A stretch of 64,000 bases of DNA from Sphyrna mokarran. Lineage: Eukaryota. The DNA is taken from assembly GCA_024679065.1 (NCBI GenBank), contig JAGIQG010000130.1, positions 1 through 64,000 on the forward strand, written 5' to 3'. The notes under the pieces were generated by a model that saw only the letters and a list, made by a program, of their open reading frames with translations, was not told the DNA's origin and made no database searches. This document shows positions 12,031 through 26,967 of the stretch, piece after piece (the first letter of the stretch is position 1; each line of letters begins with the position of its first letter). The position numbers and the translations under genes are program-made.

Positions 12031-15000
12031 AACATGTAGCTTATAAACACTCTGAAGTTACTTAATATACTTCACCTTCTCGATGAGGTGTTGGAGCCTG
12101 ATGCTCAGATGGATCACCACCACCGCTGGTCTTCTTCTGTTAAAAAGAAATATCATGAATTTAAATGCCTTTTGTCAGATCCAGGCTGCCTTGGGCATTA
12201 TGACCCATCTTCAGAACAACATTGCAAAACTTTCCAGTTATAATCATCACATCTGACCAGTATTTCATGATGGCCGACATTTAGTTCCATACAAGCAGGA
12301 TTTCTGCTCACATGATCAAGTATATTTCTCTACCAGGATCTCATTTTATCATCAATGCATGAATGCTAACTTAAATAAATTTAAGTGAAAAGCTGCAATT
12401 CCTGAAACATCTGGCAGCAGAATTATTGCGAAAACAATTGGTTAATACTTTAAAATACTTCTAATCAGAACTATTACTCTGCTCCCTTTTAAAAAGGATT
12501 TGTTCATCCATTTACTTAACAAACTTTAGCCAAAACTGCCAATGATCCATTTTAGCCTCCTCTGGGGGACCCCAGCAGCACAGACACCAATCTTCAGCCA
12601 ATTCAATTAATTCCAAGGGACATCAAGAAACAACTGAAGGCACTGGAATACTGCAAAAACTATGGAACCCTGACAATATTCCATCAATCATACTGAAGGT
12701 TTGGACTCCAGAATTAACTGCGACTCTAGCCAATCTATTCCAATACAGCACCAGTATATACCTGACATTGATGCCTCTGTCCAAGAAAAGCACGATGAAC
12801 CAATGTGATGAATTACTACCCAATCAGTTTGCTCTTTATCATCAGCAAAGTGATGGAAGGTATCATTGAGAACACTAAATGTATCTCTTATCATTGGCTT
12901 GCGCATTGATGCTCATTTTGAGTTATGCCACTGGGACTCTGTTTCTATTTCTCAGCATCTTTCTTTGAAATTCAATGGCCATTATCATTGCTGAGTTCCC
13001 CACTATCAACATCCTGGGTCTTAGCTTGACCTGAAACTGAACTGTAACTGCCATATAAATACAATGGCTACAAGAGCAATTCAGAGACTGGGAATCCTGA
13101 ATTCCTTCAGATTCCCCAGAGCACAAGTAAGGCATGTAACAAAATACTTTGCATTTGCCTGGATAAGTGCTGCTCAATAACTTGCAAAGAACTCAATTCC
13201 ATCCAAGACAAAGCAGTCCACTTTTGTTTATTTGTCAGTGTTACATGTCGGCCTACATTAACACTGCAATGAAGGTATTGCGAAAATCCCCAATTCACAA
13301 AACTCCAGCATGTTCGGGAGGGATGAAGAATTTAGCATGGTCAATGCACCTAACCAGCACATCTTTCAGACTGTGGGAGGAAACCACTACCTGGGTCCCT
13401 CCAGTTTTGAGGCAGCAGTGCGAGCCAATGTGGCACTGTGCTGACTACTTGATAAGCCCACCATCCACCAACTTCAACATTCACTCCCTTTATCATTTAC
13501 ACATTGGTAGTAGTCATTAATTTATACAAGATGCACTGCAGCCATTCTTACATATACTACATTGTGGTGTATGTATTAGTATTTACAAGATGCATTATAG
13601 TCGCCACACTCGAGCGTCTGTTCAGATACACTGAGGGAGAATTTATCGTGGTCAACGAACCTAACCAGCAAATCTTTCAGACTGTGAGAGGAAACCGGAG
13701 CATCCAGAGGAAACGCACACAGACACAGGGAGAACATGCAAACTCCACACAGACAGTGACCCAAGCCGGGAATCGAACCCAGGTCCACAGTGCTGTGAGG
13801 ATTCAGTGTTAATCAATGTGACACCGTGCTGAGACCCAAGTTTCTCTTAAATATTTTCACGCTGTGCACCACAATATCCATGAAGAAGAACCGCATCTTG
13901 TTCTGCGATCCATAAATAACTCTAAACACAACTTGGGAGTGGTTGCAACTGCTCAAATTTGACATTTTCACTTTCCACATTGCATTGATCCATTGAATTT
14001 TGTTTTTGAAAAGTTCAATTTTGGGATCTGGACATTCTGGCAAAATTATCTTGATTTGCCTTTGAGAAAGTGGTGGTGATCTTTGTTCCTGAATTACTGC
14101 AATGCAGCTGGTGGTGTTATTTCCACAACTCTATCATTAGGTCGGGAGTTCCATAATTCTGCGATAATGAAGGAATGGTGATAACTTTCCCCGTCAGGAG
14201 GAAAATTGACATGAAAAGGCATCTTGTGTTGGTGTGCCCACGCCCTTGTTGTGTTTGGCATTATTGATCGTGCAGGTCAGGAAATGAGTCACTCACCAAA
14301 CCACAGAAATACCTGGCTTTTGATCTGAACTAGCAACCATAGCATTGATACAGACGGTCGAGTGAAATTGCTCCAGTTCCTGAACATTGCAACAGGACTA
14401 AAAACAACTTGGTTTTATTTACAACCTGACAATGTACTGTCAGATAACAAAGTATCTCGCTGTCATGAAAAGGAACACAGTCAATGGCTGACTCAGCTGC
14501 CACTGCATACCTGCATGTAGTGTAAGACTTCAGCCTTTTCTAACTCCCAGGCCGAGAAGTGATTCATTCGATATTTTACTGGAGTCTTTGTATACTTGCA
14601 TCTTTTCTTGGGAGGCAGTGCAGACAACATTTCAGGAGATAGATCCCTTTTTCTATAAATTAATTCCAGTAACAGAAAAAAAAATATAATTGTCATGGCA
14701 TATCGCAAGATCTATGAAACTTCAAAAAAACATCAGTTTTCTGAAGTCTGCCAATTGTATTCATTTAGAATTAAACAAAATGTTACTCACTTCATTCAAA
14801 ATGAAATGCAAAGGATTGTGTGTGGTAAACCCCAATATAAGAACAATAAACATTGATAAATAGAAAACAGAATTTAAAAATTGAGTGGGATTCTCATTTT
14901 TCATGCTCACTTGAAAACTAGAAAATCCCACCCAAGGTCAATGGACCTTGACATGGTCCACCCTCCTGCCCACCGCGATTCCCTTTTGGGTCTTTGTGTG

Positions 15001-15914
15001 TTGCTGACTTCTTCCTGTATGGCCCTCATGGTGCTGCGACATTACAATAGAGCGGAATCACGGTCATCCCTGCAAGGCTTGGCAGTGGCATCACTGAATC
15101 CCTCACTACTAACATCCTGGGGTATATTATTGAACAGTAACTGAACTCGACCAGTCATATAAATATTGTTTCTACAACAGCAAGTCAAACATGGAGCAAT
15201 GCAGCGAGTATATCATCTCTTGACTCCTCAAATTGCTTCACCATTTAGAAGGATGAATGCAGCTCCAACGACACTCAAAATGTTCAATACCATTCAGGAC
15301 AAAGCAGCCTCTTAATCTACTCCTTAAATATTAACCCCTCCATGACTGGCACACAGTAGCCACAGTGTGAATCATCCACAAGATGCATTGCTGCACTATC
15401 CTCTTGGGCAGAGGTCTTGGTGAGTTACAGCAATAACTCTTTGACCTCATGTCTCATAAATTTGATTGAATTATTTGAAGGGATAAGCAAGAAGGTAGAT
15501 GATATTGTCTAAATGGTCTTTAGAAAGGCCTTTGACAAGGTACCGCACGGTACTACAAAAGATTAAATCTCACGGGATCCATGGTGAGGTAGCTAAATGC
15601 ATACAAAATTGACTTGATAACAGAAGTCAGAGGGCGATTGTAAAGGTTGTTTTTCAAACTGGAAGCCTGTGACCAACGGTATCCCTCAGGCACTGGTGCT
15701 AGGTCCATTGTTATTTATCATTTATATTAATGATTTGAATGAGAATATTGGAGGCATAGTTAATAAGTTTGCAAATGACACCAAGATTGCTGGCATTATG
15801 GACAGTCAAGAAGATTATCTTGGATTGCAATAGGATCTTGATCAGTTGGGCTGCCAAATGGCAGATGGAGTTTAATTTAGATAAATGCGAGGTGATGCAT
15901 TTTGGTAGATTGCT

Positions 15915-18517
15915 AGATTCAGACGCCCCATATGCACTCAGCCTGAAAAAAAAATTGCAGGTCTGAATTGCGCTGTGGGCGGGATTTAACACGTCCAAAA
16001 ACGATCAAAGCTCTGAACTGCGCATGCACATTTGGAATCAAATTTGAAAAAGTGCACCTTTGTCAGATCGCTCCCAGACTAAAGAAAGTGGAGACAGTGG
16101 CCCGGGAGCGAAAAGCAGGAGTGAAGATCCCCACAGGCATCATTGTCCTCCTAATCCACCACACCATCTCACTCCCCAGGTTGATCGCGACCCCCTTTCT
16201 CCCTTCGCCCCCACTAGAGATCCATCTGCTCTGCAGCCTCCTGGAGAGTGATTTGACCTCCCTCCTACCCCCACCACCCATCAGACACAAAGAACAAAGA
16301 ATAAGTCTTTGCTGCTCATTGGTCCAACTGGACCATTCAGTTGTATCTCTCCATTCCCAGCCTGCTCATGTGACAATCCAGATAAGTCTTACACGATCCC
16401 AGCGTGTCCGCCTCCACCACCCTACTTGGCAGTGCATTCCAGGCCCCCACCACCCTCTGTGTAAATAGTATCCCTCTAATATCTGAGTTAAACCTCGTCC
16501 CTCTCACCTTGAACCTGTGACCCCTTGTGATCGTCATCTCTGACCTGGAAAAAAACTTCCCACTGTTCACCGGATCTATACTCTTCATAATTGTATACAC
16601 TTCTGTTAGGTCTCCCGTCATTCTCTATCTTTCCAGGCAGAACGATCCCACGTTACCCAATTTCTCCTCATAGCTAAAACCCTCCATAGCAGGCAACATC
16701 CTGGTAAACCTTCTCTGCAGTCTCTCCAAAGCCTCCATGTCCTTCTGGTAGTGTTGCGACCAAAACTGGAGAGAGTATTCCAAATGTGGACTAACCAGCG
16801 TTCTATATAGTTGTAACATCAGACTCCACTTTTTATACTCTATACCCCATCCTATAAAGGCAAGCATGCCATATGCATTCTTCACCAACTTCTCCACCTG
16901 TGCTGCAACCTTCAAGGATCTGTGGACTTACACACCCAGGTCCCTTTGTGTGTCTATACTCTTGATGGTTTGCCATTTATTGTATAATTCCCCCCTATGT
17001 TAGTTCTATCAAAATGCATCACTTCGCATTTATCTGGATTAAATTCCATATGCCATTTCTCCGCCCAATTTTCCAGCCTATCTGCTATATTGTCCGACAA
17101 TGTTCATCGCTATCAGCAAGTCCAGCCTTTATATCATCCGCAAACTTGCTGATCACATCAGTTACACCTTCTTCCAAATCATTCATATATAGATCATAAA
17201 TAGCAGAGGTCCCAGTACAGAGCCCTGTGGAACACCACTGCTCACAGACCTCCAGCTGGAAAAAGACCCTTCGACTGCTACCCTCTGTCTCCTGCAGCCC
17301 AGCCAGTTCTCTACCTATCTAGCCACCTCTCCTTGTATCCCAAGAGATTTAACCTTTTGCACCAACCTGCCATGAGGGACCTTGTCAAACACCTTACTAA
17401 AATCCATATAGATGCATCTATGGCCCTTCCCTTGTCAAAAGTATCTGTCACCTCCTCCTTCCTATCCCACTCCACACAATGGTCTGTCCTCACTTACCTC
17501 CACCCCCCACTGACAGAACGATCTCGCCTCATATCCCCCCACCCCGCTATAGAGAATGATATAGCCTCATTCACCTTCTCCTCCCCCAAGTAGAGAATTA
17601 CCTGATGCGCCCTCCCACCCACCACCAGCCAATGATCGGGTCTCCCTCTATCCCTTCCAACCAGAGAATGATCTGACCTGCTTTCCTCGCCACCCCAAAA
17701 ACACTGATCTGAATCAGAGAGCTGTTGGAAGCTCTAAACTTGCCTTTTCACCAGCTGGAGCATCTGATTCAGACTTTTATTCAGCAGGTTTATTTTGGCA
17801 CGATTCTGGAGCAGCTAACACGGCGGTAAAGGAAATGCTGAAAAATTTGGGGGAGCAGTTTATTACTTTAATTGAAATACATGCAAATTGATTTCAATCA
17901 CTGTCGTGCCCCTTTTGGGTACGAATCGCATACCCCCACTCCTGGGTTTCGGTAAAGTAGCAATCTACTTGGATGAGGGCGCAGATCGCACTAATGGCCT
18001 CACACCCAACTTTACCATGATGCAGTGGTAAAAATAGGGCCCTCTGACTCAGATCGGTGGTGAGGGGAAGGAGAAGGAGCCTGGTCAAATCATTATCTGG
18101 TGGGGAAAGGGGGAAGGAGACACGATCATTGCCTTATGGGGTGGGGGAGGGAGGACAAATCGCTCTCTGGTAGAGAGGGGGGCAGGGAGTTGTGATCGGT
18201 CTGGGTAATGGGGACTGGGTAAGTGAATAAGGGGGACATAAAATGACTGGACATCGCTCCCAGGTCACTCTCTCCACTTTCTGCAGCTCAGGAGCGATCT
18301 GACGCAGGTGCATTTTTAATATTCTTTTCCAACTATGCATGTGCAGTTCAGAACTCCAATCGTTTCGGGCACGGTAATCCCTGTCCACAGCACAATTCAG
18401 ACCCACAATTTGTTTTAGGTTGAGTGCGTATGGGGGCACCTGAAAGCAGATTCCCAATTCGGATCTGAATTATGCCCAGATTCAGCATTCAGAATGAAAA
18501 TGGTTAAGTCAGGTCCT
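15915..18517. mobile_element. Foldback/MITE-like DNA element, block A copy 2, with nested CR1
   Basis: Same inverted arms as 5152-6089, plus a terminus-like 'tggtaaaaatagggccc' at ~18026-18041 and right end 'aaaatggttaagtcaggtcct'. Confidence 0.7.
16285..17455 (-). mobile_element. 5'-truncated CR1 LINE 3' end nested in the foldback element (copy 2 only)
   Basis: ORFs 16625-16915 (LYRTLVSPHLEYSLQFWSQHYQKDMEALERLQRRFTRM) and 16337-16621 (TRGHRFKVRG...FTQRVVGAWNALP); tail (acaaaga)n at the left end. Confidence 0.95.
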
Positions 18518-20569
18518 TTACAGTCATTTCTTCACTTGTCACTGGGTTAAATCCCTTGAACTCTTGTGGGAGTGCCTGCATGATTAGAGTTCAGTGGTTC
18601 AAGTACAGTTAGAATTGGGTATTATCTTGCTCGCATAAACAAATAAAAGTATCTTTGAATTAATATGGCTTTCTGGAATTTTTTTCTATTATAATTTGAA
18701 ATAAATACTTACAATAAACTTGTCATGCAAATGTTTATAACTTTTGTAGGCAATGGAATGTGTATTTTGTTAATTTTATCTGTCAGCAACTATGAAGATA
18801 CAAACATTGTTCGTTAGGATAATTGAAAGGCAGAATCAAACCTTTTTGCCGTGCTGTGAATCGAGAGCTCAGCCAACATCTTGCAGATATTCAGGATTCT
18901 TGAATCTTCAGTCTGGAATTGGACATAAATGGAATGAATTTGACTCCCTCCTGAGTGCTATGGATTTACAATGAATTCTTGCATTGCTGCATGCAGATTT
19001 CAGAAGACATTTGGGAAGGAATAGCCTTACACTCTACAGTATGAAAACTGATGTCATTGCCTCCCCAGGACAAAGTTAACGGAGAGGAGGATTTCTTTAT
19101 TGGTAAGGGATGGGACAGACACATGCCTACCTAACTGGGCTTCCAATTAGTTTCCATTTGCCACACTTAACTGCCCAGTACAACAAAGCGAAAGCAATAG
19201 AGCTCCTCTACAACTGCCAGCAATTTCAATATTTTAATACCTCAGAACAACACCCTCAGATTGTCAGCATTTTTACATCAGATCGTATCACCCTCACTCT
19301 CACTCACCAGGAATTATGTTAAGACTGTGCAACTGAATTATGGGTAGAATGCAGCATAAGAAGCTTCTTAGCCCATTTGTTTAAACGGGATTCAAACTCA
19401 AAGCTCAGAGGTTATGTGATACTGGGAGCCATCAGCAAACTGAGAGTACATTGGGTGGGCTGTGGGCTGGTCCATCTGCTCCACCTAGTCAGATTTTGAA
19501 GACAGGTCTCATTCACCCTGAATGGGTGAACTGCAGGCACCAACCACAGTGTGTTCATCAGCAGCTCGATGGTTGGGAGGGTGGGTAATCTGATGGGGCA
19601 GCTGATCTGAAATCAGTCGGATGTAGCACCTCGGAAGGGAAGGGTGAAAGTTCCGGGGAGTGAAATGAAGCAGCAGCTTACAACAGCAAGGAACTGCTTC
19701 CAATCTCCATCCCATGCCCTTGAACAGCAAAGGAAGAGACATATTAGAACTGAAGGTTTAAAACACGTAAGCGACTGCAGCCAAAATAAAAATCAAACTG
19801 ACTTCCAGCTTTTCCTAATTGAAGCAGATGGTAGCAATGCAGAGACTAGGATGAAAATGGAATCAATGTCCTGACCCAATTTGCTGATATAAATGAGACC
19901 TCCAGCCCTTTCTGGCAGAAACTCTGGCCGGCTAAGGTGAAGTGCAATGAAAATTGGAATGGAAAGAGCTCCAGCAACAAGTTGGTAACTCAGCATTATG
20001 TGATTTTGGTTCTGTTACCAACCAGTATATGTCTAAAACCAGGGCAGTTAAGAGATAAGAATCAGCTCCAATTTTTTTACACAACTCCTGTAAGTTTCAA
20101 AAAAATCCCCCCTCTTCTTTCTAAACTCCAATGAGTACAGACCCAGAATCCTCACCATTCCTCATACAACAAGTTCTTCATTCCAGGGATCATTCTTGTG
20201 AACCTCCTCTGGACTCTGGCAGATCAGCACATCCTTCCTGAAATACAGGGCCCAAACCTGCTCACAATACTCCAGATGGGGTCTGACCAGAGCCTTACAC
20301 AGCCGCAGAATTACATCTCTGCTCTTGTGTTCTAGCCCTCTCAACGTAAATGCTGTGTGTTTTGTGACCGCACATGTGGCCTGTCATTGACCGGCAGCAG
20401 GATCTTCTGATCCCATCGTTGTCAATGGGGTTTCCCGTTCTAAGCAGTCTCACCACCAGGAAACCCAGACTGGGAATTTGGCAACAGCAGGAACGGAAAA
20501 TTCCACAAGCGAGAATGGTTGGAAAATTCCGACCAGGCTCTTGGCAACTCCTGAACCTGAAGGAAACTA

Positions 20570-22490
20570 CATGTGATGAAAATGAATTCTCTCAAAATTT
20601 CATCTTATTAAATAAACACAGAAACATAGAAAATAGAAGCAGGAGGATGCCATTCAGTCCTTCGAACCTGCTCCACTATTCATTAGGTTCATGGCTCTTT
20701 CCCTTCAATACCCTTTGATCCCTTTTACCCCAAGAGTGATATCTAACTACTTTTTGAAAACATAAGAGTGCTTTGTCCTCAACTGTTTTCTGTGATAATG
20801 CATTCAGTGTGGTAATTGTCCTTTTAAGGATCCAATTGCAGAATAAGTGTCACATGACCTGGGAAACCTATCAGGAAGAATGGTGGGGATCACTTGTGAG
20901 CTTTGTTTACTGTTCCAGAACTTTCTCGGGAGCTGATTGCAGCTCTGAGGCCTGCATGTTTCAGCATACAATTCACTGATAAGAAGTGTTGTTTTTCTTT
21001 TCATGTGCGAACCAGAATTATTGCACACAGGCTGATCATTCTTTGGGAGAAGAAATTTCTCCTAATCTCAGCTCGAAATAGTCAATCCCACATCTTTAGT
21101 CTCTGACCCCTGGCTCTGGACTCTCCCATCATTGGGAACATTCTTCCGGCATCTACCCTGTATAGGTCCAGAATAATTTTGTAGGTTTTTGTGAGATCCC
21201 TATTCATTCTTCGGAATTCTAATGAATATTACCCTAACTGATTCAATTTCTCCTCTTAATTCCTCCTGGCATCCCAGGAATCACACTGGTAAACTTGCTG
21301 CCTCCAGAGCAAGAGCATTATTCCTCAGATAAGGAGACCAAAACGGTACACAATATTCTGGGTGTGGCCTCACCAAGCTGCTGTAGAATTGCATCAAGAC
21401 ATTCCTCCTGTACTCAATCCTTCTCACTATGAAAGCCAATATACTATTTGCTTTCTTCATCATCTGCAGCACCTGCATGGTTACTTTTGATGACTGGTGT
21501 ATAAACACACCCAGATCTCATTGCACATTCGCCTCTCCCAAACTATAACCATTCCAAAAATAATCTGCTTTCTTGTTTTTGCTATCAAAATGAACAGCTT
21601 CACATTTATCCACATTATATTACATTTGCCATTCATTAGAAGCTGAATGGATAACTGAAGCATCTTTATACCCTCCCCAGAGCTCACCCTCCGTGTGTCA
21701 TTTGCAGAATTGGAGATATTGCATTTAATTCATTCATCTGATCATGCAAGTCCATTGCGAGTAGCTGGGTTCCTGGCACTGATCCCTGTGATATCTCCAC
21801 TCGTCGCTGCCTGTCACTTGGAAAAATACCCATTTATTCCTAACCTTTATTCCTTGTCTGCCAATCAGTTTTCTACCAATCTCAATATACTGCCCCTAAT
21901 CTCATGTGCTTTAATTTTACACGCTAATCTCTTACGTGGGAACTTGTCAAAAGAGTTCTGAAAGTCCAAATGCACCACAATCAGTAGCCGCGTTCTTTTC
22001 GAGTTCCACTCAATTTGCCAAGCATCATTTTCCTTTCATAAATTCATGTTGACACTTTCTGATCCTGCCACTGTTTTCCAAACAGTTTGCTATTTTTTCT
22101 TTTGTACACTCAAGAGATTTTTCATCAAAATCAAACTGACTGGTTTATAATTCTCTGCTTTCTTTCTGCCTTTGTTTTTAAATCGCAAGGTTACATTAGC
22201 TACATGTCAATCTGTAGGAGTTCTCCAGAGTCTATAGAATCTTGGATGATGACCACCAAATCATCCACTATTTCTCGAGACACTTTGTTAAATACTCTGA
22301 GTTGTAGATTATCAGGCCCTGGGGATTTATCCACCTTCAATCCCACCAAATTACCCAACATCTTTTACTTCCTCCATCTCACCAAATCCTGTGTTTTCCA
22401 ACATTTCTGGTATATTATTTATGTCCTCCTTTTTCAAGAGAGAACCAAAGTATGTATTTAATTGGTCATCTATTTCTTTGTTCCCCATTC
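20570..22490 (-). mobile_element. Long degraded CR1 LINE = duplication block C, copy 1
   Basis: ORF 21281-21508 (KKANSILAFIVRRIEYR...LVRPHPEYCVPFWSPYLR); collinear with ~36155-38150, including a shared ~220-bp insert at ~20810-21030 / ~36415-36630. Confidence 0.92.
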
Positions 22491-24878
22491 CCATGGCTGT
22501 CATGAAACTGATGAATGAAACTAAAAAGAAATAGAGTCATAATTGCCTTTAACCACAGGTTATTTTAGGGTATTAGAAGACAGCTGTTGGGTGGCAGTGC
22601 TTCAAGTTGATGAAAATAAACCAAGAGTTGCAAAACAATGGCACACAGAATGACTCCTTGGCTGTCCACCATTTAGAATGCACAAGTCAAGCATGTGACA
22701 AAATACTTTGCATTTGCCTGGATGACATGTGACACTCATAAATAAACAAACAAATAACTCGCAAAAAACTCAATACTATCCAAAACAGAAGTCCACTTTT
22801 GTTTGTTTATTTATGAGTGTCACATGTCAATTTACATTAACACTGCAATGAATTTAATGTGAAAATATCCTAGTTGCCGCACTCCAGCTCATTCAGGAGG
22901 GAGGGACAATTTCGCATGGTCAATTCACTCAATGAGCTCTTCTTTCAGGCTATGGGAGGAAGCTGGAGAACAGGAAGGAAACCCCTGCAGACACAGAGAG
23001 AAGATGCAGACTGCACAGACAGTGGTCCAAACTGGGAATCGAACCTGGGTCCCTCTAGCTGTGAGGCAGCACTGTAACCAATGTGCCACTGTGTCACCTA
23101 CTTGTTTAGCACACCATCGACCAACTTCAACATTCACACCCTTCATCATTTACACAGTGGCAGCAGCCATTAATATATGCAAGATGTATTGCAACAATTA
23201 ATGTATGTACTGTACTGCAGTATATGTATTAGTACATACAAGATGCACTGTAGTCGCCACGCTCCAGCACCCGTTTGGGTACACTGAGGGAGAATTTAGA
23301 ACAGCCAATGCACCTAACCAGCACATCTTTCAGACTGTGAGAGGAAACCGGAGCACCTGGAGGAAAGCCACGCAGACACCGGAGGAACATGCAAACTCCA
23401 AACAGACAGTGACCCAAGCTGGGAATCGAACCAGGATCTCTACTGCTGTAAGGCAGCAGTGCTAATGACTATGCTGCCGTGCCAAGACCCAACTTTGTGT
23501 TAAATATTTTCATGTTAAGCATCACAATATCCATGAAGAAGAACTGCACTGCATCTTATTCTAGGATCCATGAATAAATCTGAATACATCTTGAGAGTGG
23601 TCACAATGGCTCAAATTTGACATTTTCACTTTAGACATTCCATTGATTCACTGAATTTTGTTTTTGAAAAGTTCAATTTTGGGGTCTGGACATTCTGGCA
23701 AAATCACCACCACATTCTGGCAAAATCATCTCGATTTGCCTTTGAGAAAGTTGTGGTGATCTTTGTTCCTGAATTACTGCAATACATCTCGTGGTGTTAT
23801 TCCCACAATTCTATCATTAGGTCGGGAGTTCCAATGATTCTGACTCAGCATTAATGAAAGAATGGCAATAACTCTCCCAGTCAGGATGTAGATTGACATG
23901 AATAGGTATCTTGTGTTGATGTGCCCACACCCTGTTGTGTTTGTCATTACAAATGGTGCAGGTCAGGAAGTGAACCACTTACCAAACCATAGAAATACCT
24001 GGCTTTTGACCAGAACTAGCAACCACAGCATTAATACAGATGGTCTAGTGAAATTGCCCCAGTTCCTGCATATTGCAACAGGATTAAAAACAGTTTTGTT
24101 TCATTTACGACCTGACCATGTATTGTCAGATAACAAACTATCTCATTCTCATGAAAAGGAACATAGTCAATGTTTGATTCAGCTGCCACTGCATACCTGC
24201 ATATCGTTTTCTGCCTCCCAAGAAGAGATGTGACCAGCATTCATCGGATGTTTTATGTTGGATGTCTTTGCTGTCCTGTCCTCACAACTTGACCTGGGAG
24301 TGAGCGATGGCAATATATTTCTAGCAAAGTGCATATTGCTATAAAGTAATTCCAGGAACAGACAAAATTAATATAATTGTTGTGGCATATCACAAAATTT
24401 ATGAAACTTCAAAAAAAATCAGTTTTCTGAAGTCTGCCAATTGTATACATTTAGAATTAAACAAAATGGTACTCACTTCATGCAAAATGAAATGCAAAGA
24501 ATTGTGTGTGGTAAACCCCAATATAAGAACAATAAACATATCATCATTAGATCCACTGCATTAATCTACTCAACAATGAACATTGATAAATATTAAACAG
24601 CATTTAAAAGTCAGAAGAGGCTATCAGACTGCACTCACCCAAAACCAGAGAATCCCGGACAAGACCAATGGATCTTTGCATGGTCATTCAGGACAAAGCA
24701 GGCTGCTTGATCTAAGTCCTTAAACATCAAACCCTCCATCACTGGCAAACAGTGGCCGCAGTGTGAATCATCTACAAGATGCATTGCTGTAACTCGCCAA
24801 GTCCTCTTTGACAAAGGTTTTGGTGAGTATAGCAATGCGTCTTTGACTTCATGCCTCACAGATTTGATTGAATTATTT

Positions 24879-25666
24879 TGTAGCCAAACAGACCATCAAA
24901 ATGGTGTTTTGTAAAGCATTCTGGGACAATTGGGCAAGAAACCAAACTGACAGGCTGCAGTTTAAAGACAGACAAACAGGCTGCAACCCTGACGAGTGAA
25001 TAAACAGGACATGGGTCGTCTCCAGGATGAAAGAGACTTTCTGGTCACACTGGGTTGTATGCCAGACATAAGGGCACCGTGAATCCTTATTTAGGAGGAA
25101 GGTATGTGACCTGTGTGCCTCCAACACATGACCTCTGGGGACACACCCACAGATTGGTGTGGTAGCACCTGATTGGACTCTTATCGATCAGGGTGATCAA
25201 GTCCTGATCGATTGATTGATTGGCAATGGCCAAAAAGGGGTGTGAAACCAAACCAGGTATAAAGGGTGCTGCACAACGAGGAATCTCACTCTCTCTGACC
25301 CAACGAACAAGCTACAAGAATGGTGAACATCGCCAGCAAGAGGAGAGCCACCACACCTAATAAGGAAGAAAGACCATAGCTAGAACGCCAGACCAGACCA
25401 AAGGACCAAACTACACAGACAACTACCAAGACCCACGCAGACATAAAGGCCAGTATCTATCTGGGTACTTGCCATTCACGCAAAGTTAAGTCAAGCTCTT
25501 GTATTGTACTTAAATTCTAGTATTTCTTTGTAAGATAACTTATTGTTGGTCGGGTGAGTGATTATTGATTGTGTGGGTTTAAATAAATATTGTTTGTTCT
25601 AAAAGGATGTCTACTCATAGTTATTTGTCCACCGTATAAGGATTAAAACAGACTGATTTTACAACA
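24879..25666 (+). mobile_element. Solo LTR (788 bp) of an ERV or LTR retrotransposon with 4-bp TSD ATTT
   Basis: TGT...ACA termini; ATTT at 24875-24878 and 25667-25670; several ATTGG (CCAAT) boxes ~25153-25222, TATAAA ~25258, AATAAA ~25582. Copy 2 shows the empty site 'ttgattgaattatttgaagggataagcaagaag'. Confidence 0.9.
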
Positions 25667-25670
25667 ATTT

Positions 25671-26866
25671 GAAAAGTTAAGCAAGAAGGTAGATGAGGAC
25701 AGTGCAGTTGATGTTGTCTGCATGGACTTTAGCAAGGCTTTTGACAAATTACCGCACAGTAGGTTGTTGCACAAAGTTAAATCTCATGGGATCCAGGGTG
25801 AGATAGTTAAATGGATACAAAATTGGCTTACTAACAAAGCTAGAAGGTGGTTGTAGAGGGTTGATTGACCAATGGTGTCCCTCAGGGATCAGTGCAGGGT
25901 CCACTGTTATTTGTCACTTATATAATGATTTGGATGAGAATATAGGAGGCATGGTTAGTAAATTGGCAAGTGATACCAAGATTGATGGCATAATGGACAG
26001 TGAAGAAGGATTGCAACAGGATCTTGATCAATTAGGCCAGTGGGCTGACGAATGGCAGATGGAGTTCAATTGCGAGGTGATGCATTTTGGTAGACTGAAC
26101 CAGAGCAGGACTTACTCAGTTAAATGCTAGGGCGTTGGAGAGAGTAACAGATCAAAGAGATCTAGGGTACAGTTTCACGGCTCCTTGAAAGTGGAGTCAC
26201 AGGTGGACAGAGTGGTGAAAAGGCATTCAAAACATGTTTCGTTTCACTGGTCAAAACATTGAATACAGGAGTTGGGACGTCTTATTGAAGTTGTACAAGA
26301 CATTGTAAGGCCACATTTGGAATACGGTGCATTGTTCTGTCACCCTATTATAGAAAGGTATTATTAAACTAGAAAAAATGCAGAAGGGATTTACTAGGAT
26401 GCTACTGGGACTTGATGGTTTGAGTTATAATGAGAGGCTGGCTAGTCTGGGACTTTTTTCTCTGGAGTGAAGAAAGCCGAGGGGTGATCTTGCAGAGGTC
26501 TATAAAATAATGAGAGGCGTAGATCAGCTAGATAGTCAATATCTTTTCCCAAAGCTAAGGGAGTCTAAAACTAGACGGCGTAGGTTTAAGGTAAGAGGAG
26601 AGAGAGACGAAAGGATCCAGAGGAGCAATTTTTTTTTACAAAGGGTGGTGAGTATCTGGAACAAGCTGCCAGAGGTAGTAGTAGAGACAGGTACAATTTT
26701 GTTTTTTAAAAAGCGTTTAGACAGTTACAAGTGTGTTATGTGTATAGAGGGAAATGGATTAAATGCGGGCAATTAGGACTAGCTTAGGGGTTTCAAATGA
26801 AAGGGTGGTATGTACAAACTGGCTGAAGGGCCTGTTTCCATGCTGTAAACTTCTATGACTTTATGA
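25671..26866 (+). mobile_element. CR1 LINE 3' part with tail
   Basis: MDFSKAFDK, LQQDLDQLGQWADEWQMEFN and FFLQRVVSIWNKLP motifs; ends in a (tctatgac)-like tail. Confidence 0.93.
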
Positions 26867-26967
26867 CAGCACCTCTGAAACCTACAAACTCTATCAATTA
26901 GAAGAACAAATCTAGGGTATGCACAAACAAAACCTCCAAGTTCCCTCTATGTCTGACTTGAAACGAT

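Larger units (their letters stand above)
12268..20080 (+). repeat. Segmental duplication block A, copy 2
   Basis: Collinear with 1-7770 (e.g. 14290-14520 vs 2505-2735; 18520-20060 vs 6095-7765), with copy-specific deletions and a CR1 insertion. Confidence 0.93.

Noticed and set aside
23898-24233. Kinase-like 'IATGLK...LRPDHVL' peptide
   Set aside because: No HRD or DFG motif, the spacing is wrong and the frame is not kept in the paralogs.
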